Positions 1 to 10,836 are shown, numbered from the stretch's first letter. The stretch: 64,000 nucleotides of DNA from Vairimorpha necatrix (GCA_036630325.1 CP142732.1:434001-498000), one strand, 5' to 3'. Notes: generated from the letters alone by a model not told the origin. Translations and numbers: made by a program.

Positions 1-916
1 TCTCAATAATTTCAGCCGCCGTATTTTTTAATGAGTTCCCGTTTAATTTATTTTTTTTAAAATCTTCAGACAATTCCTTAAATGAATATTTTTTGTTAGA
101 CACAATTACGTCTAAATTGTAAATATCACAATATGGATAAATTATACATTTAAATAATGACATAAGTCCTTCGTTTTCTAAATTACAATGACTTATTTTT
201 TTCTTGATTTCTTCTTCCGTATCTAATAAATCTATTTTTGAATCTTTGTCTGAGCTGCTCATTTTCTCAGAATTCAATCCTGGTATCATAGGATTCATTA
301 AATGAATCCTCTTTTTGTATTTTATTATTGGTAAAAATTCTCTAGCGTACATAAAAATTTTTCTTTGGTCTACTCCACCAAATTGTACATCTACTTTGAG
401 ATATTCCTCATCTAGTGCTTGCATGGCAGGATAGACAAGTGAACTAAGTTTAGAATTACTTACTTGTTTAACCACTTCACTTCCGGCTCTTTTAGCATCA
501 TTTTGATTTGTCTGGTTTAAAATGCGCATTATGTCATTAAAATACTCGTTACTTCTCTGAAATGAACTTCCCAACACAAAATTAATTTTTGTAAGATCTA
601 CTTTTAAGCTTTCTAGCATCAAACTTATAATTTTTTTATAGTAGACAGTTCTACATTCAATTTTTTCGATTGGAGCTTTTAGATTATCAAGAAATGCGTG
701 AATATCAGCCAAAAGAATTGTTACATTGCAGCCCGCATCCACAAAATCTTTAATTTTAAATATTGGAAGGAAGTACGCAATATGTGGTTTACCAGTGGTA
801 GCAGTTCCCCAATATATGTTTAAGTTACGTTTGTCAAGAATTTTCTCCATGACTTCTTTGCCGACTACTTCTTTCAAATTCTGATTTATTAGTGAAATTT
901 TATCCGTTAAACTCAT
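1..916 (-). CDS. TYS1: Tyrosyl-tRNA synthetase (cytoplasmic type), 3' end runs off the window
   Basis: Not in the ORF track because it is truncated. ATG at 916 (minus) gives MSLTDKISLINQNLKEVVG...NIYWGTATTGKPHIAY (HIGH-like motif), ILLADIHAFLDN, YPAMQALDEEY, QFGGVDQRKIF and KMSSS (KMSKS-like). CCC motif upstream. Confidence 0.95.
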   Translation of the reverse strand, partial: MSLTDKISLINQNLKEVVGKEVMEKILDKRNLNIYWGTATTGKPHIAYFLPIFKIKDFVDAGCNVTILLADIHAFLDNLKAPIEKIECRTVYYKKIISLMLESLKVDLTKINFVLGSSFQRSNEYFNDIMRILNQTNQNDAKRAGSEVVKQVSNSKLSSLVYPAMQALDEEYLKVDVQFGGVDQRKIFMYAREFLPIIKYKKRIHLMNPMIPGLNSEKMSSSDKDSKIDLLDTEEEIKKKISHCNLENEGLMSLFKCIIYPYCDIYNLDVIVSNKKYSFKELSEDFKKNKLNGNSLKNTAAEIIE

Positions 917-1077
917 TAAAAGGGCTTTTTTATTAATCAATAAAATAAGTTTAACGGTATTAGAAATAATTTACTAAATAAAAAATTTTAAAAACTGATT
1001 AAAAATAATATTTTTTAATAGTACAATGTAAAGAAAAAAAAATATTATTAAAATTAAAATATTTTTATCCTCAACTA

Positions 1078-2580
1078 ATGATTATTCTTTACGGATCACA
1101 AAATGGAAATGCTAAACATGTAGCACAACTAATCCAAAATACTTTATTATACGGTTACAACGACGAAACTATATATAATATCCCATCAGACAACAAAATA
1201 AAATCTTACACTATTGATATGAACTCATTTGATTTTACAAAGATTTACGAAATAAAAACTATCATATTTGTATGTTCAACACATGGAAATGGTACAGAGC
1301 CTTTTAATATGACCAAATTTTGGAAAACAATTTGCAATAAAAATTTGCCGGAAAATTTTTTAAGTCATTTAAATTTTGCTGTTTTCGGGTTAGGAGATTC
1401 TTCTTATAATTCGTTCAACTATTGCGCGAAAAAATTATACAATTGTTTAATAAAAAGAGGTGGTGCTCATCCATTAATAAGGAGAGGAAATGGCGACAGT
1501 CAAGATAAAGAAGGTTTTTTAAGTGATTTAAAAATTTGGATGAAAGATCTTTATCCACTAATAAGTCATTTGCCGTTAAAAGATGCTACACAATTTGCTA
1601 TTAATAAAAACAAATTTTTAGACGCCACACTAGTATGCAGTAAATTGTTAACTCCTAAAGATTATAACTTGCCTATATTAGAATTACAATTTGATGTTAA
1701 TATACCAAATTATTCTGTAGGGGATTGTTTAGCTATATACCCAGAAAATTATAACTATCTTGAATTCGTAAAATTTAATAATATCGAGTGCGACGAGTTT
1801 ATAAAATATATCAAAAACCAGTGCGATTTCAACAGTATTCCACAACAACACTTTTTTTTACAGTTATCTCTTTCCGTATCTTTCACTACAGAAGAATATC
1901 AAATGAAATGTAGAGAAATGTATTATAATTATGATTTGTACTACGAATATGTTTTACTAACTAAACGCACTATTTTTGAGATAATTATTGATTTTAAAGT
2001 TAAACCTTCTAAAAATTTCATACTTATGAATATTCCTATTATAAATCCTAGATTTTTTACATTAACCAAGCGTAAAGAGTGTTTTTGTATAACTACATCT
2101 CTTGTATCTTACAAAACAAGACTTACTGAACCAAGAAAAGGTTTATGTTCTGAATACTTTAGGTTATTACCAGTAGGATCTACCATAAAAGTCAGTCATA
2201 TTAGTAATAAGATATCATTTAATACTAAAAACCTTTGTTTTATTTGTACTGGTACTGGAATTACACTTCCCAGAGCTTATATTAATTTTTTAAATGAGAA
2301 TGTGTACAACAAAATAATAATTTTATATGGTTTTAGATACAGAGACAGGGATTTTTTGTATGAAGATGAACTTAAAAAAGACAATGTTAATCTTTATTGC
2401 GCTGTTTCCAGAGATGACAAGAAATATGTTCAAGATGTATTTCACGATATAAATGAGATAAAAAATATAGACGAATGGTCAATTATAGTAAGTGGGAATT
2501 CTAGACTCAATAATATTGTAGACAAGTTGTTTAAAGAGGTTTATAAGAAGAAAATACATTTTCAGACTGAGACGTGGTAA
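1078..2580 (+). CDS. TAH18: NADPH-dependent diflavin oxidoreductase (Tah18/NDOR1; cytosolic Fe-S assembly electron donor)
   Basis: Flavodoxin motifs ILYGSQNGNA, CSTHGNG and FAVFGLGDSSY; FAD/NADPH motifs PRFFTL, GLCSEY and CTGTGITLPRAY; C-terminal QTETW. Confidence 0.9.
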   Translation: MIILYGSQNGNAKHVAQLIQNTLLYGYNDETIYNIPSDNKIKSYTIDMNSFDFTKIYEIKTIIFVCSTHGNGTEPFNMTKFWKTICNKNLPENFLSHLNFAVFGLGDSSYNSFNYCAKKLYNCLIKRGGAHPLIRRGNGDSQDKEGFLSDLKIWMKDLYPLISHLPLKDATQFAINKNKFLDATLVCSKLLTPKDYNLPILELQFDVNIPNYSVGDCLAIYPENYNYLEFVKFNNIECDEFIKYIKNQCDFNSIPQQHFFLQLSLSVSFTTEEYQMKCREMYYNYDLYYEYVLLTKRTIFEIIIDFKVKPSKNFILMNIPIINPRFFTLTKRKECFCITTSLVSYKTRLTEPRKGLCSEYFRLLPVGSTIKVSHISNKISFNTKNLCFICTGTGITLPRAYINFLNENVYNKIIILYGFRYRDRDFLYEDELKKDNVNLYCAVSRDDKKYVQDVFHDINEIKNIDEWSIIVSGNSRLNNIVDKLFKEVYKKKIHFQTETW

Positions 2581-3041
2581 AAAATATCAAATAAACAGAA
2601 AGTTAGGTAAAAGAAACAAGAACAAATTATTGAAGCTTTACTGATACATAATCTTAAGAGTCTAAATGTTATTTGTGCACAATAAGGTCATTAAAACATA
2701 GATATACATTAAATTTTTAATTTGTCGATCTTTTAGTTTATACTCGCCATTTACATTCTAACAACTATAGTTTTTAATCACATTAGCAATATTCAATGGT
2801 TTAATTTTGTTAGATATGACAAACAAAAAGACATAACCAATCAACACGTCAACTAAAAGTACATGTCTAGGAATGCATTAACAATTAAAACCATATGTAT
2901 AATAATTAAAACTTAATTTTCTTTTAATAAATATAACGAGTATAATCCTTTTATATTAATTTTTAACTAATACATTTTTTTTACACTCATGTATACATTG
3001 TTTGGTTCTTTTGATTATTATTTTATTTATCTCTTTACGCA

Positions 3042-3125
3042 GGTATCTTGGCCGAGTGGTCTAAGGCGTCTGACTCAAGATCAGTTCCACCTTCGTGGGC
3101 GTGGGTTCGAATCCCACAGATACCA
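3042..3125 (+). tRNA. tRNA-Leu(CAA)
   Basis: Acceptor stem GGTATCT/AGATACC, D-arm TGGCCGAGTGGTCTAAGGC, anticodon loop CTCAAGA, long variable arm, T-loop GGTTCGAATCC, followed by a T6 Pol III terminator. Confidence 0.95.
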
Positions 3126-3147
3126 TTTTTTACCCCTTCTTTTTTTT

Positions 3148-3531
3148 ATGTTCTTTTTATTTGCCTTCGTTTTCTCTGATAATATAGAAATCTCCACTTC
3201 TTCTTTCGACTTATTAATAGTCAAGTCTTTCTACATACGATCTTCTTCTCTTGATTGCAATTCTATTAAGATTTCGTATCCTGGCACATCGCTCTACGAA
3301 ATAAAACAAAAAGTTTTTTATATACCAAACAATATAAAGCCAGTAAGGATTTTATATTTAAAAAACAGTACAGAGTATTTTAAGAAGCTTGGTACTGTAA
3401 TAAGAATAGATTTTGAGAGAAAGATTTGCGGAATGATAGTTGATGCATGGATTATGGTTTTTGTGATGGTAAGTGTGTCTATGTATTTTATAGTCTTTTG
3501 TGAGAAACCTTTTGGAATATTTGAAGTTTAA
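3148..3531 (+). CDS. Small type-I membrane protein (signal peptide plus C-terminal TM helix); possibly Pga1-like
   Basis: The in-frame ATG at 3148 follows a CCCC motif. The ORF-track start at 2989 would read through the tRNA. N-terminus MFFLFAFVFS is hydrophobic; TM segment WIMVFVMVSVSMYFIVFC. Confidence 0.6.
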   Translation: MFFLFAFVFSDNIEISTSSFDLLIVKSFYIRSSSLDCNSIKISYPGTSLYEIKQKVFYIPNNIKPVRILYLKNSTEYFKKLGTVIRIDFERKICGMIVDAWIMVFVMVSVSMYFIVFCEKPFGIFEV

Positions 3532-3940
3532 AAATCAATAAAAAAACATGGTATATTAAAAAGAAGGTAAAAAATTTACATAGGAGATTTATGTTTTCAA
3601 ATTTCTTACGGGACTGTACTAGCAACCTCTAGAATCGAGTCCTTTAAAATGTCTTTTTTAGTTTTTATGCATGGTGAGTTCGATTGTAAAATTTTATATT
3701 TTTTTAAGTTATATTGAATTTTTAATATAACTCAGAATTAATATAAAATCATATCTTCTGTCTCAACTTATATTTAAGCAAAAAAATTTACAAATAAGAA
3801 TACATTTGTATTATAAAATGTTTATTGTATATTTAAAAAAGAATATGTAATTTATTACAAGAAACAAGAGACGACATATTTTTTCAACATAAAAATTATG
3901 TCAACCTAATTTAAACTTATAAATCTAAGCATTTAAAATA

Positions 3941-4057
3941 TAACATATTATAAATAAAACATATTATAAATCTAACATATTATAAATCTTAGCCATTAAA
4001 AACATAACATATTATTAATATCACATATTATAAATATAACATATTATAAATCTAACA
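3941..4057 (+). repeat. Degenerate AT-rich tandem repeat (TAACATATTATAAA(T/A) unit)
   Basis: About 6 imperfect copies of AACATATTATAAAT. Confidence 0.6.
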
Positions 4058-4279
4058 AATCACGATTTAGTTTACTATCAAGTATAATGTAATACTTATT
4101 TTTGTTGATATAAAAAACCAAACATGTCAAAATCTACAATTTTTTTATAAGGTTTTTTAGTGGTCAAATTTTCTAAATTAAAAACGAATACTTTTTTTAA
4201 TTTGATATTTTTTTTTCATGAAACACTTTGTTGTTTTGAAACAACAAACTTTATAACAAAAATATAAATAAACAAAATA

Positions 4280-5719
4280 ATGCATAAATCAAAAATGGAC
4301 AAAAAAAAGAAGAATGATGAAGACAAAGATATAATTGATTTTATGGAGTTAGTTGAAGAGAATATACAGAATAATAAGAATGACAAGTATGATGAAACAG
4401 AAGAGAATAATATTTTTGACATTAAGCCATTAATGGAAGACATTGACAGTTTTACCATGCGTGAAAGTAATATTACTCAAGACATGAATAATGTATTAAT
4501 ACAAGAAAATATTATGCAAGATGAACATCAAGTATCAGTACAAGATGCCAATATTATGCAAGATGAAGTTAATGCAATACAAGACAATATTATTCAAGAT
4601 GAAGTTAATGTATCGATACAAGACATGAACGAAAATTCTAATGCAAATAATGTAATTATTCAAGATGTCCCTAATGTATCAATACAAGACAATATTTTGC
4701 AAGATGAACAAGAAGTTTCTATAAATGAAGAATTAAAAGTTTTAAATCAGAAAGTCGAACTTATGGCTAGAGAAATAGAAGACAATGAAAAATTGAATAA
4801 AATGAGATCTCCTGTAGATTTTAATCCCAAAAAGACTGAAATTATCTCCACAGAGCGCTCAATTATTCTTTGTAAAAATGACAGTTTACTTTTTAATGGC
4901 GAAGACATTAAACTCAAGAAATACCCTGGTTATCTTTTTATCAATATTTACAATATTGATAAATACATTTCTTCATCTTCAGATGTAGAAAGTGTTTTCG
5001 TCAGAATGGAGACTAAAGATTTTTATTATGAAACAGATAATTATCCAGAAGATTCCAATATAAAAATTAATAATCTTTTTGTCTTGAGACTTAAGTCTCA
5101 GGATAAATTTAAAATGAAATTCGTCTTGAATCAAAATAAATCAGGACGAGTTGTAAAATCAAGTGAATGTGAGATTTGTATTGATAAAGATTTCCTTAAT
5201 AATGTTCATAATGTTTTACATGAACTTAAAGCTGAATGGTCTCCGTATAGACCAGATAATATTTTCAAGAAATTTTTAAATTTCTTTTCTAGTGATCTAT
5301 CAGATGCTTTGTATTTGAAGATGTTTTTTTGTTATATTTCTCAAGAAGAATTTGATAAAGTTGATATTCCCATGCCTAATTCTCTATTTGATTTAGGAAA
5401 GTGGTTGAATATTAGGAAGCATTTTTATAATACGTGGTTTTCTGGATTTTGTAATATGAGAGGAATAAATGTAGAAATTTGTACACATTTATGGAAGAGA
5501 AGATTTATTAAAGTTCATGGATATAAGATATTAATTTATAATGAGATTACTAAGAATTTATTAGGAATATTTGATCTAGTGAATTTTACTAATGAGAAAG
5601 AAATAAATGAGAGAGAAAATAAATATAAGATAATTAATAATGAGAAGTCTATTGAGTTTCATTTTGACAGTAAAGAGAAGTATTTAACATTTAAGAAGGT
5701 AATGACAGCATTATTATAA
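4280..5719 (+). CDS. Bud4/anillin-like protein with C-terminal PH domain
   Basis: C-terminus FSGFCNMRG...HLWKRRFIKVHGYKILIYNEITKNLLGIFDL resembles the Bud4/Mid2 PH domain (W-x-R-R-F-x-K-L-x-G). Acidic N-terminus with QD-rich repeats. Confidence 0.6.
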   Translation: MHKSKMDKKKKNDEDKDIIDFMELVEENIQNNKNDKYDETEENNIFDIKPLMEDIDSFTMRESNITQDMNNVLIQENIMQDEHQVSVQDANIMQDEVNAIQDNIIQDEVNVSIQDMNENSNANNVIIQDVPNVSIQDNILQDEQEVSINEELKVLNQKVELMAREIEDNEKLNKMRSPVDFNPKKTEIISTERSIILCKNDSLLFNGEDIKLKKYPGYLFINIYNIDKYISSSSDVESVFVRMETKDFYYETDNYPEDSNIKINNLFVLRLKSQDKFKMKFVLNQNKSGRVVKSSECEICIDKDFLNNVHNVLHELKAEWSPYRPDNIFKKFLNFFSSDLSDALYLKMFFCYISQEEFDKVDIPMPNSLFDLGKWLNIRKHFYNTWFSGFCNMRGINVEICTHLWKRRFIKVHGYKILIYNEITKNLLGIFDLVNFTNEKEINERENKYKIINNEKSIEFHFDSKEKYLTFKKVMTALL

Positions 5720-5881
5720 TTAAATAAATAAATAAAGATGAGTTAAACAAATTTATAATATATTTATTATACATAAAATTTAAAATTATCTTATGCATAA
5801 TATTACAAATATATGAAATGCAATATTAGATTTTTCCCGCCTAAAATGTGGTTTTCTTCTTTTTTTATCTTTCCCTCATTT

Positions 5882-6316
5882 ATGCAGAATATTTTGCAGG
5901 ACACCACAAACGTAAAAAAAGGCAAAATTATCAAATCAAAGAAAAGTGAAAAAGACTCAGTCCTTGAATATCTCAAGGGAGTATATGACAGTACTATAGA
6001 TTATAATCTGAAATATGATCTATCAAAATGTATAGAGATAATAGAAGGCAAAGAGAACCAGGAGATGACAGACTTGAAAGATGCACTAAGAGATCTAGTG
6101 AAAGAAAATGAAGAATTAATAGAAGAGAAGACACAATTATATTTAGAACTTAAGGAATACCAAAGCCAAGATGGCAATGTAGACAATTTAGAGGGAGATA
6201 ATTTAGATTTGGATGATGAGAGTCAAGAAAGTGACGAACTCAACGACGAGGACGAATGCAACGACAAAGACGAACTTAACGACACAGACGAATTCAATGA
6301 TGATTTGGAAAAATGA
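5882..6316 (+). CDS. Hypothetical coiled-coil protein with acidic tail
   Basis: ORF 5813-6316. The ATG at 5882 follows a CCC motif and is the more likely start. Coiled-coil segment and D/E-rich repeats. Confidence 0.65.
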   Translation: MQNILQDTTNVKKGKIIKSKKSEKDSVLEYLKGVYDSTIDYNLKYDLSKCIEIIEGKENQEMTDLKDALRDLVKENEELIEEKTQLYLELKEYQSQDGNVDNLEGDNLDLDDESQESDELNDEDECNDKDELNDTDEFNDDLEK

Positions 6317-6354
6317 GTTCTAAGGATCTCGGCCTTTTTTATACCCCCAAATTC

Positions 6355-6622
6355 ATGCGCATAATTTACAAATTGTAAGTCTGAAATTCCTACTAATTTA
6401 AGCTACTCTGAGAAGAAGATCGACTTATCAAAACTACAGGATTTTATCACAAGGAGACTTTATGAATACGGGGGTATTGACTTATTAAATCACACTAAAG
6501 TACACTGTAAGGGAGATATAATAAATATAGAGACAAGTAAAGAGAAACAAGTCCATGCGGGATTATTCTTCACTGGGAAGTATTTTACAATAAACTGTCA
6601 AATAAAAAGACTTATAATATGA
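6355..6622 (+). CDS. 79-aa protein with a 28-nt spliceosomal intron (6375-6402); possible Pop8/Rpp14-like RNase P/MRP subunit
   Basis: CCCCC motif, ATG at 6355, donor GTAAGT, branch TACTAAT, acceptor AAG. Splicing removes an in-frame TAA and gives MRIIYKFYSEKKIDLSKLQDFITRRLYEYGGIDLLNHTKVHCKGDIINIETSKEKQVHAGLFFTGKYFTINCQIKRLII*. Confidence 0.75.
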
Positions 6623-6635
6623 ATTATAAGACATA

Positions 6636-7153
6636 TCATATATATAAAAAAATTTTATTTAATTTTTTACCCATTTTTTTTGTGATTTTGTAAAATCTAA
6701 ACTTCTTATTATAGCTTATTGTGTTATTGTAATATCAAATATAAACTCAATGAAGGATTTTGACTATCATATGTGCGTGTACTGTATGTTAATACATTTG
6801 TATTTTATTTATTATTTTTGAGAAACTCAGTTCCAAAATATCGTCAGAATCGTTTTTTAGAATTTATTTAACCCTTCTAGAAAAATTGCAAAAACATATA
6901 ACCAATGAAGATCCTACATGTAAGTGTCAAAAATCGAGCTTAGAAAATCCTAGAATTATTTCAATGAGACTCAAAAGTGTTTTGAACTCAAATTAATCAT
7001 TTTATGTCACTAAAAAGTATTTTTGAAAAAGATGTCTTCATCCTGTCAAATTCAATCTCCCAAAATGGAAACGCAACAAAATTAAAAGCGGAAATACATA
7101 TTAAAAAACTCGACATTTAGATCCCGTTTTCAAAACGGGAAAGCATACGCTAG
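6636..7153 (+). mobile_element. Non-autonomous Helitron-type element
   Basis: A|TC 5' end; 3' hairpin TCCCGTTTT-C-AAAACGGGA (7122-7140) 9 nt before CTAG|T; a homologous 5' part lies at ~49543-49760. Confidence 0.7.
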
Positions 7154-7239
7154 TAATATTATATTGTAATATTAGTTATACTATTTGCATAAACAAAATA
7201 TGCATAAACAAATAAAATAAAATATGCATAATATTTATT

Positions 7240-7533
7240 TTATTTGTATCTGATTTTATTCCACTCTTTAAAGACATTCCTTCTGTCTGCTCTTAATATA
7301 AATTCATACCCACTTCCTCTATACACATTATTACTGAATATTAAAGGACACTGATCATTATAAACCCTCTTGACATATTTATTAAGTACAACATCATTAT
7401 CAATATACACAATCTTAAACTCATCATCTAAGAGACTAAGTACTCGGTATAACTGAGGACAATGAGATTTACGGGCTATAAGAATCACATCTCTCTTCAT
7501 AAAAGCAAAAGAAAAGAAAAAGAAGAAAAACAT
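7240..7533 (-). CDS. Small glutaredoxin-like fold protein, possibly with signal peptide
   Basis: VILIARKSHCPQ...FKIVYID...QCPLIFSNNVYRGSG resembles a Grx fold (CP motif; P-x-IF-x-NG-x-x-IGG pattern). Start is 7533 or 7500. Confidence 0.5.
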   Translation of the reverse strand: MFFFFFFSFAFMKRDVILIARKSHCPQLYRVLSLLDDEFKIVYIDNDVVLNKYVKRVYNDQCPLIFSNNVYRGSGYEFILRADRRNVFKEWNKIRYK

Positions 7534-7989
7534 GAGAGACGAGTGTATGAGAAATTTATAAAGAAAAAACTTAAAACTAGAAGTTTTAAAAAAAAATGAA
7601 ACAAAAACAGGGTATGGGAACAAACATTTCTATAGTCATTTATATGTATTTTATGTCTCGAGCCTAGGGTAGTTATCAGAGCCGAAATAATTATCGGCAC
7701 TTTTCTTATTTTTTAGATCATTTTATGATTTTTTAGCAAATTGATCAGTGACTAATTTGCATGATTGTTTAATTTTCCGCATATGAAACTCAAACAATGT
7801 TCGCAGGCCGAAAACCACGGACCTAAACAACTTAGGGCTGGAATTAGCATTTGTGTAAAAAAAATATAAGAATATATAAATCATGTATAACTTCCTTTTA
7901 GATAATTTTTATTCCTTTAATAAAAGTAATCAAAACTCAAGAGTAGAATATTCTTGTTAAAATACTATAAAGAGGAGATTTGAATAGTA

Positions 7990-9030
7990 ATTTTGACAAA
8001 CAAGCAAGGTATAGGCTTAAAAAGAACCAAAAAGATTTTCTTGCAGATAATATACTCTTTCTGGGGATATTACTGGCTTACACAAAAGGGCATTAGTAGA
8101 GAGTATGGTGCAGTCCATGAAATTCAAACTTTACATAGTCAAAATTACCATGGACATAATCGTCCATATGGGCCATGTCAGCAAATTTATATATATTTTC
8201 AAGAAATATCGTGCGAGAGATTTGCAAAGGGTCCAATGTTTGTTCACAGCCAACCCCCCAAAATCAAAGAAACCCACCTACAAGCATATCTCATCCAAAA
8301 GGCCCTTTGAGCGGGGTATCGTCGACCATGTCGAAGGACATATTTGATTAATAACATCTATAGATGTATATTCTATGTATGCATTTACAAGTGTTATGAA
8401 TATTAAAATGGCTTCAGGTTTTACTACATTTGAAAAATAATTATACTCGGTATTGTTTTACCAGTGAATATAGTGTGACAATGGTAAAGAATATTAAAAT
8501 TCACTTTCATCCGAACTCTGTGAGCAGAACAAAATTTTACTAGTCCATGGCAGACCTAGGCATTCAAAAAGTCAAGGTCAAGTTGGGAGATTGAGTCAAC
8601 CCTCTACTCGATATCTGCAAAACCATCTCTACGCAGAGTTTGGTATGGATTCTAAAAACCATGTCTTATTCAATGACACAATTGTTTATCAATACAACGT
8701 CAATGTACATTCTGCAACAAAAAATCTTTATTTGAATTATTTTATGGAGGAAAGGGATATAATACTTGTAAAAGCAGTAACTACGATGCTGAGGTCAGCG
8801 AAAAAGACATGAATCCTTTGTTTTTGCAAGAAAATTTATCTATGGCAGACGGAAAAATATATTTTAAGAATGACAAAAAATGTGTTCATAATTCTAAAAA
8901 TGTTTTTGTTATAGTCGATAAAATAATCTTAAAAGAGGATTTTGCTACTATTTCTTTTTTAAAAAAGTCAAAATTAAACTCGTTTTATTCTGAACCATTA
9001 GAAGTAATAGAAATTTTGTCTAATAATTAA
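7990..9030 (+). pseudogene. Decayed rve integrase of Ginger/KRBA2-SCAND3 type
   Basis: Across frameshifts and stops: KRPFERGIVD, TSIDVYSMYAF, CDNGKEY, HGRPRHSKSQGQVGRLSQ, YNVNVHSATK. Confidence 0.7.
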
Positions 9031-9732
9031 TTCAAATGAAGTTTAATGATTCTGAAGAAATTGTGTCAATATATTTGGTAAAAAATTAATTAAGCTTTAA
9101 TAATCCGAATTGTATTCCTTTATTTAAATTTATAAGTTAAACTACATATTTTTTAAAATATTGTATTATTCTTTTCTAGCGTTAATTTGATTCAATATAC
9201 AAAGATGTACGATTAGTAGGCCGAAATGCTGTACTATCAATATTAGTCTTTGGTAGTTTGTTCTATTTTTAAAGATCAAAAAATTTTGCAAAAAATATCT
9301 AGATTTATTTTGTTCTAGACTAAACCTTAATATTTTTCAATTTATTGTTTTAATTATTATTTATAACTTTTCATCAATCACAAACTATCCTAAAAAATCA
9401 CATAAAATAGATTGTTTAGGTGTAAATAGGTTGTAAATATGATTTCGTTTTACTAGTAAAATAAAAGTATAAAAATTGATAACAAACGACTTTTAAGAAG
9501 AAAAATATATAAATTAATTTAAGATAGGCATTTAAAAGAGATCCAAGCTGACATAAAAAATATTAGAAAATATGATAATGTTTTTTAATTAGAAGACTAT
9601 ATTGGAAGATAAAATATAATAAAAATAGAAAATAAATTAAAGGAATTTCTTATGAAAAATGTATTTATTTTTTTATATAAATTTTAGTTTTTTTACTAAA
9701 TTGTAAAATTGAATGTAATATAATAAGTATTT

Positions 9733-10836
9733 GGCTCTAGGGCCTATTCCCGGGTATTTTTTTTGTTTAAAGGGTCCTCCCTTTAAACAAAAAAATTATA
9801 GAAAAAAAAAGAAATCTCAATTATTTATTTCGAATTAAAAATTTAAGAGAGTTAAAAAGGCGTCTTTATAGGCTTTGAAATCATGAGTTTTTAAATTTCT
9901 TCTCCTCCAAACATATTCTTCTATATACCCTGGCATTGAATAACCTGGTATTCCTTTCCTCGTTTTGATGTCCGATTTGAATTGAGACCACTTACATTCT
10001 ATTAAATAAGTGTGGCCTCCATCAGCATTGGTGAATCCTTCCTCATGGTTCACGATTTTATGTACTCAGCCAATCCCAGCAACAGCGTATGGGTAGGATC
10101 TGTGCCCATCTGTTTTATTACAGACATAGGACTAATATTTTCAGAGAAAAAGTCATAGAAAGTTTCTTTTTTTCTATTTGGTAAAACTTTAAGAACTAGT
10201 TTTATAGTTTTTTCTTCCACTGCGCCAATTATCCAAGTAGCTTTACTAATTGAATCATACATTTCAGATGGTGACTTAATAAGTTTTTAGTTATTATAAC
10301 ACTCTCATCCACTTGTATTGGATGCTCTGGCCCCAATTTCTCCCATGTATTCTTTTATCTTCAGTTATTACTTCTATAATATTCCTTTTAATTCTTTTTA
10401 TAGTATTTAAAGAAACCGAAGTATTTTTATTAATATTATATTCATAATATATTTCCAGCCATGAATATATTATAAATAAGTATTCGCTTGTGTCTATCTT
10501 TGGACTTGAAACTTTTAGCCCCTCAAAAACTGATTTGGATTTTCTACACAATAAGTTAGTACATCTGAATCGAAAACCGTTCGAATAAGAAATATCATGT
10601 TCCAAAACCATGCTCTCATAACATTTCGAGCATGTTTTAAATTCTTCAAGTAAGTCATGCCTTTGATAAAGGCCTTGACAGCTTTATTTGAAGAAAAAAT
10701 GTCAGATCTTGAATTTCTTGGTTCTTCTTCAAAATTATTCATTTTTTAGGGGTTGTAAAAATTTCCCAGTTTAGGGCCTATTCCCGGGAAATGCCGTCTT
10801 TTTTACGTTCATTACCCGGGAATAGGCCCTAGCGCC
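9733..10836 (-). mobile_element. Merlin (ISXO2/IS1595-like) DNA transposon, family A copy 1, frameshifted transposase
   Basis: 24-bp TIRs GGC(T/G)CTAGGGCCTATTCCCGGGTA (23/24); perfect 8-bp TSD AAGTATTT (9725-9732 / 10837-10844); fragments IQVDES, WIIGAVEE, NHEEGF...GHTYLIECKWSQFK. Confidence 0.92.

Noticed and set aside
2989..3147. N-terminal extension of ORF 2989-3531
   Set aside because: It reads through the tRNA-Leu gene. The ATG at 3148 has the CCCC motif and a signal peptide.
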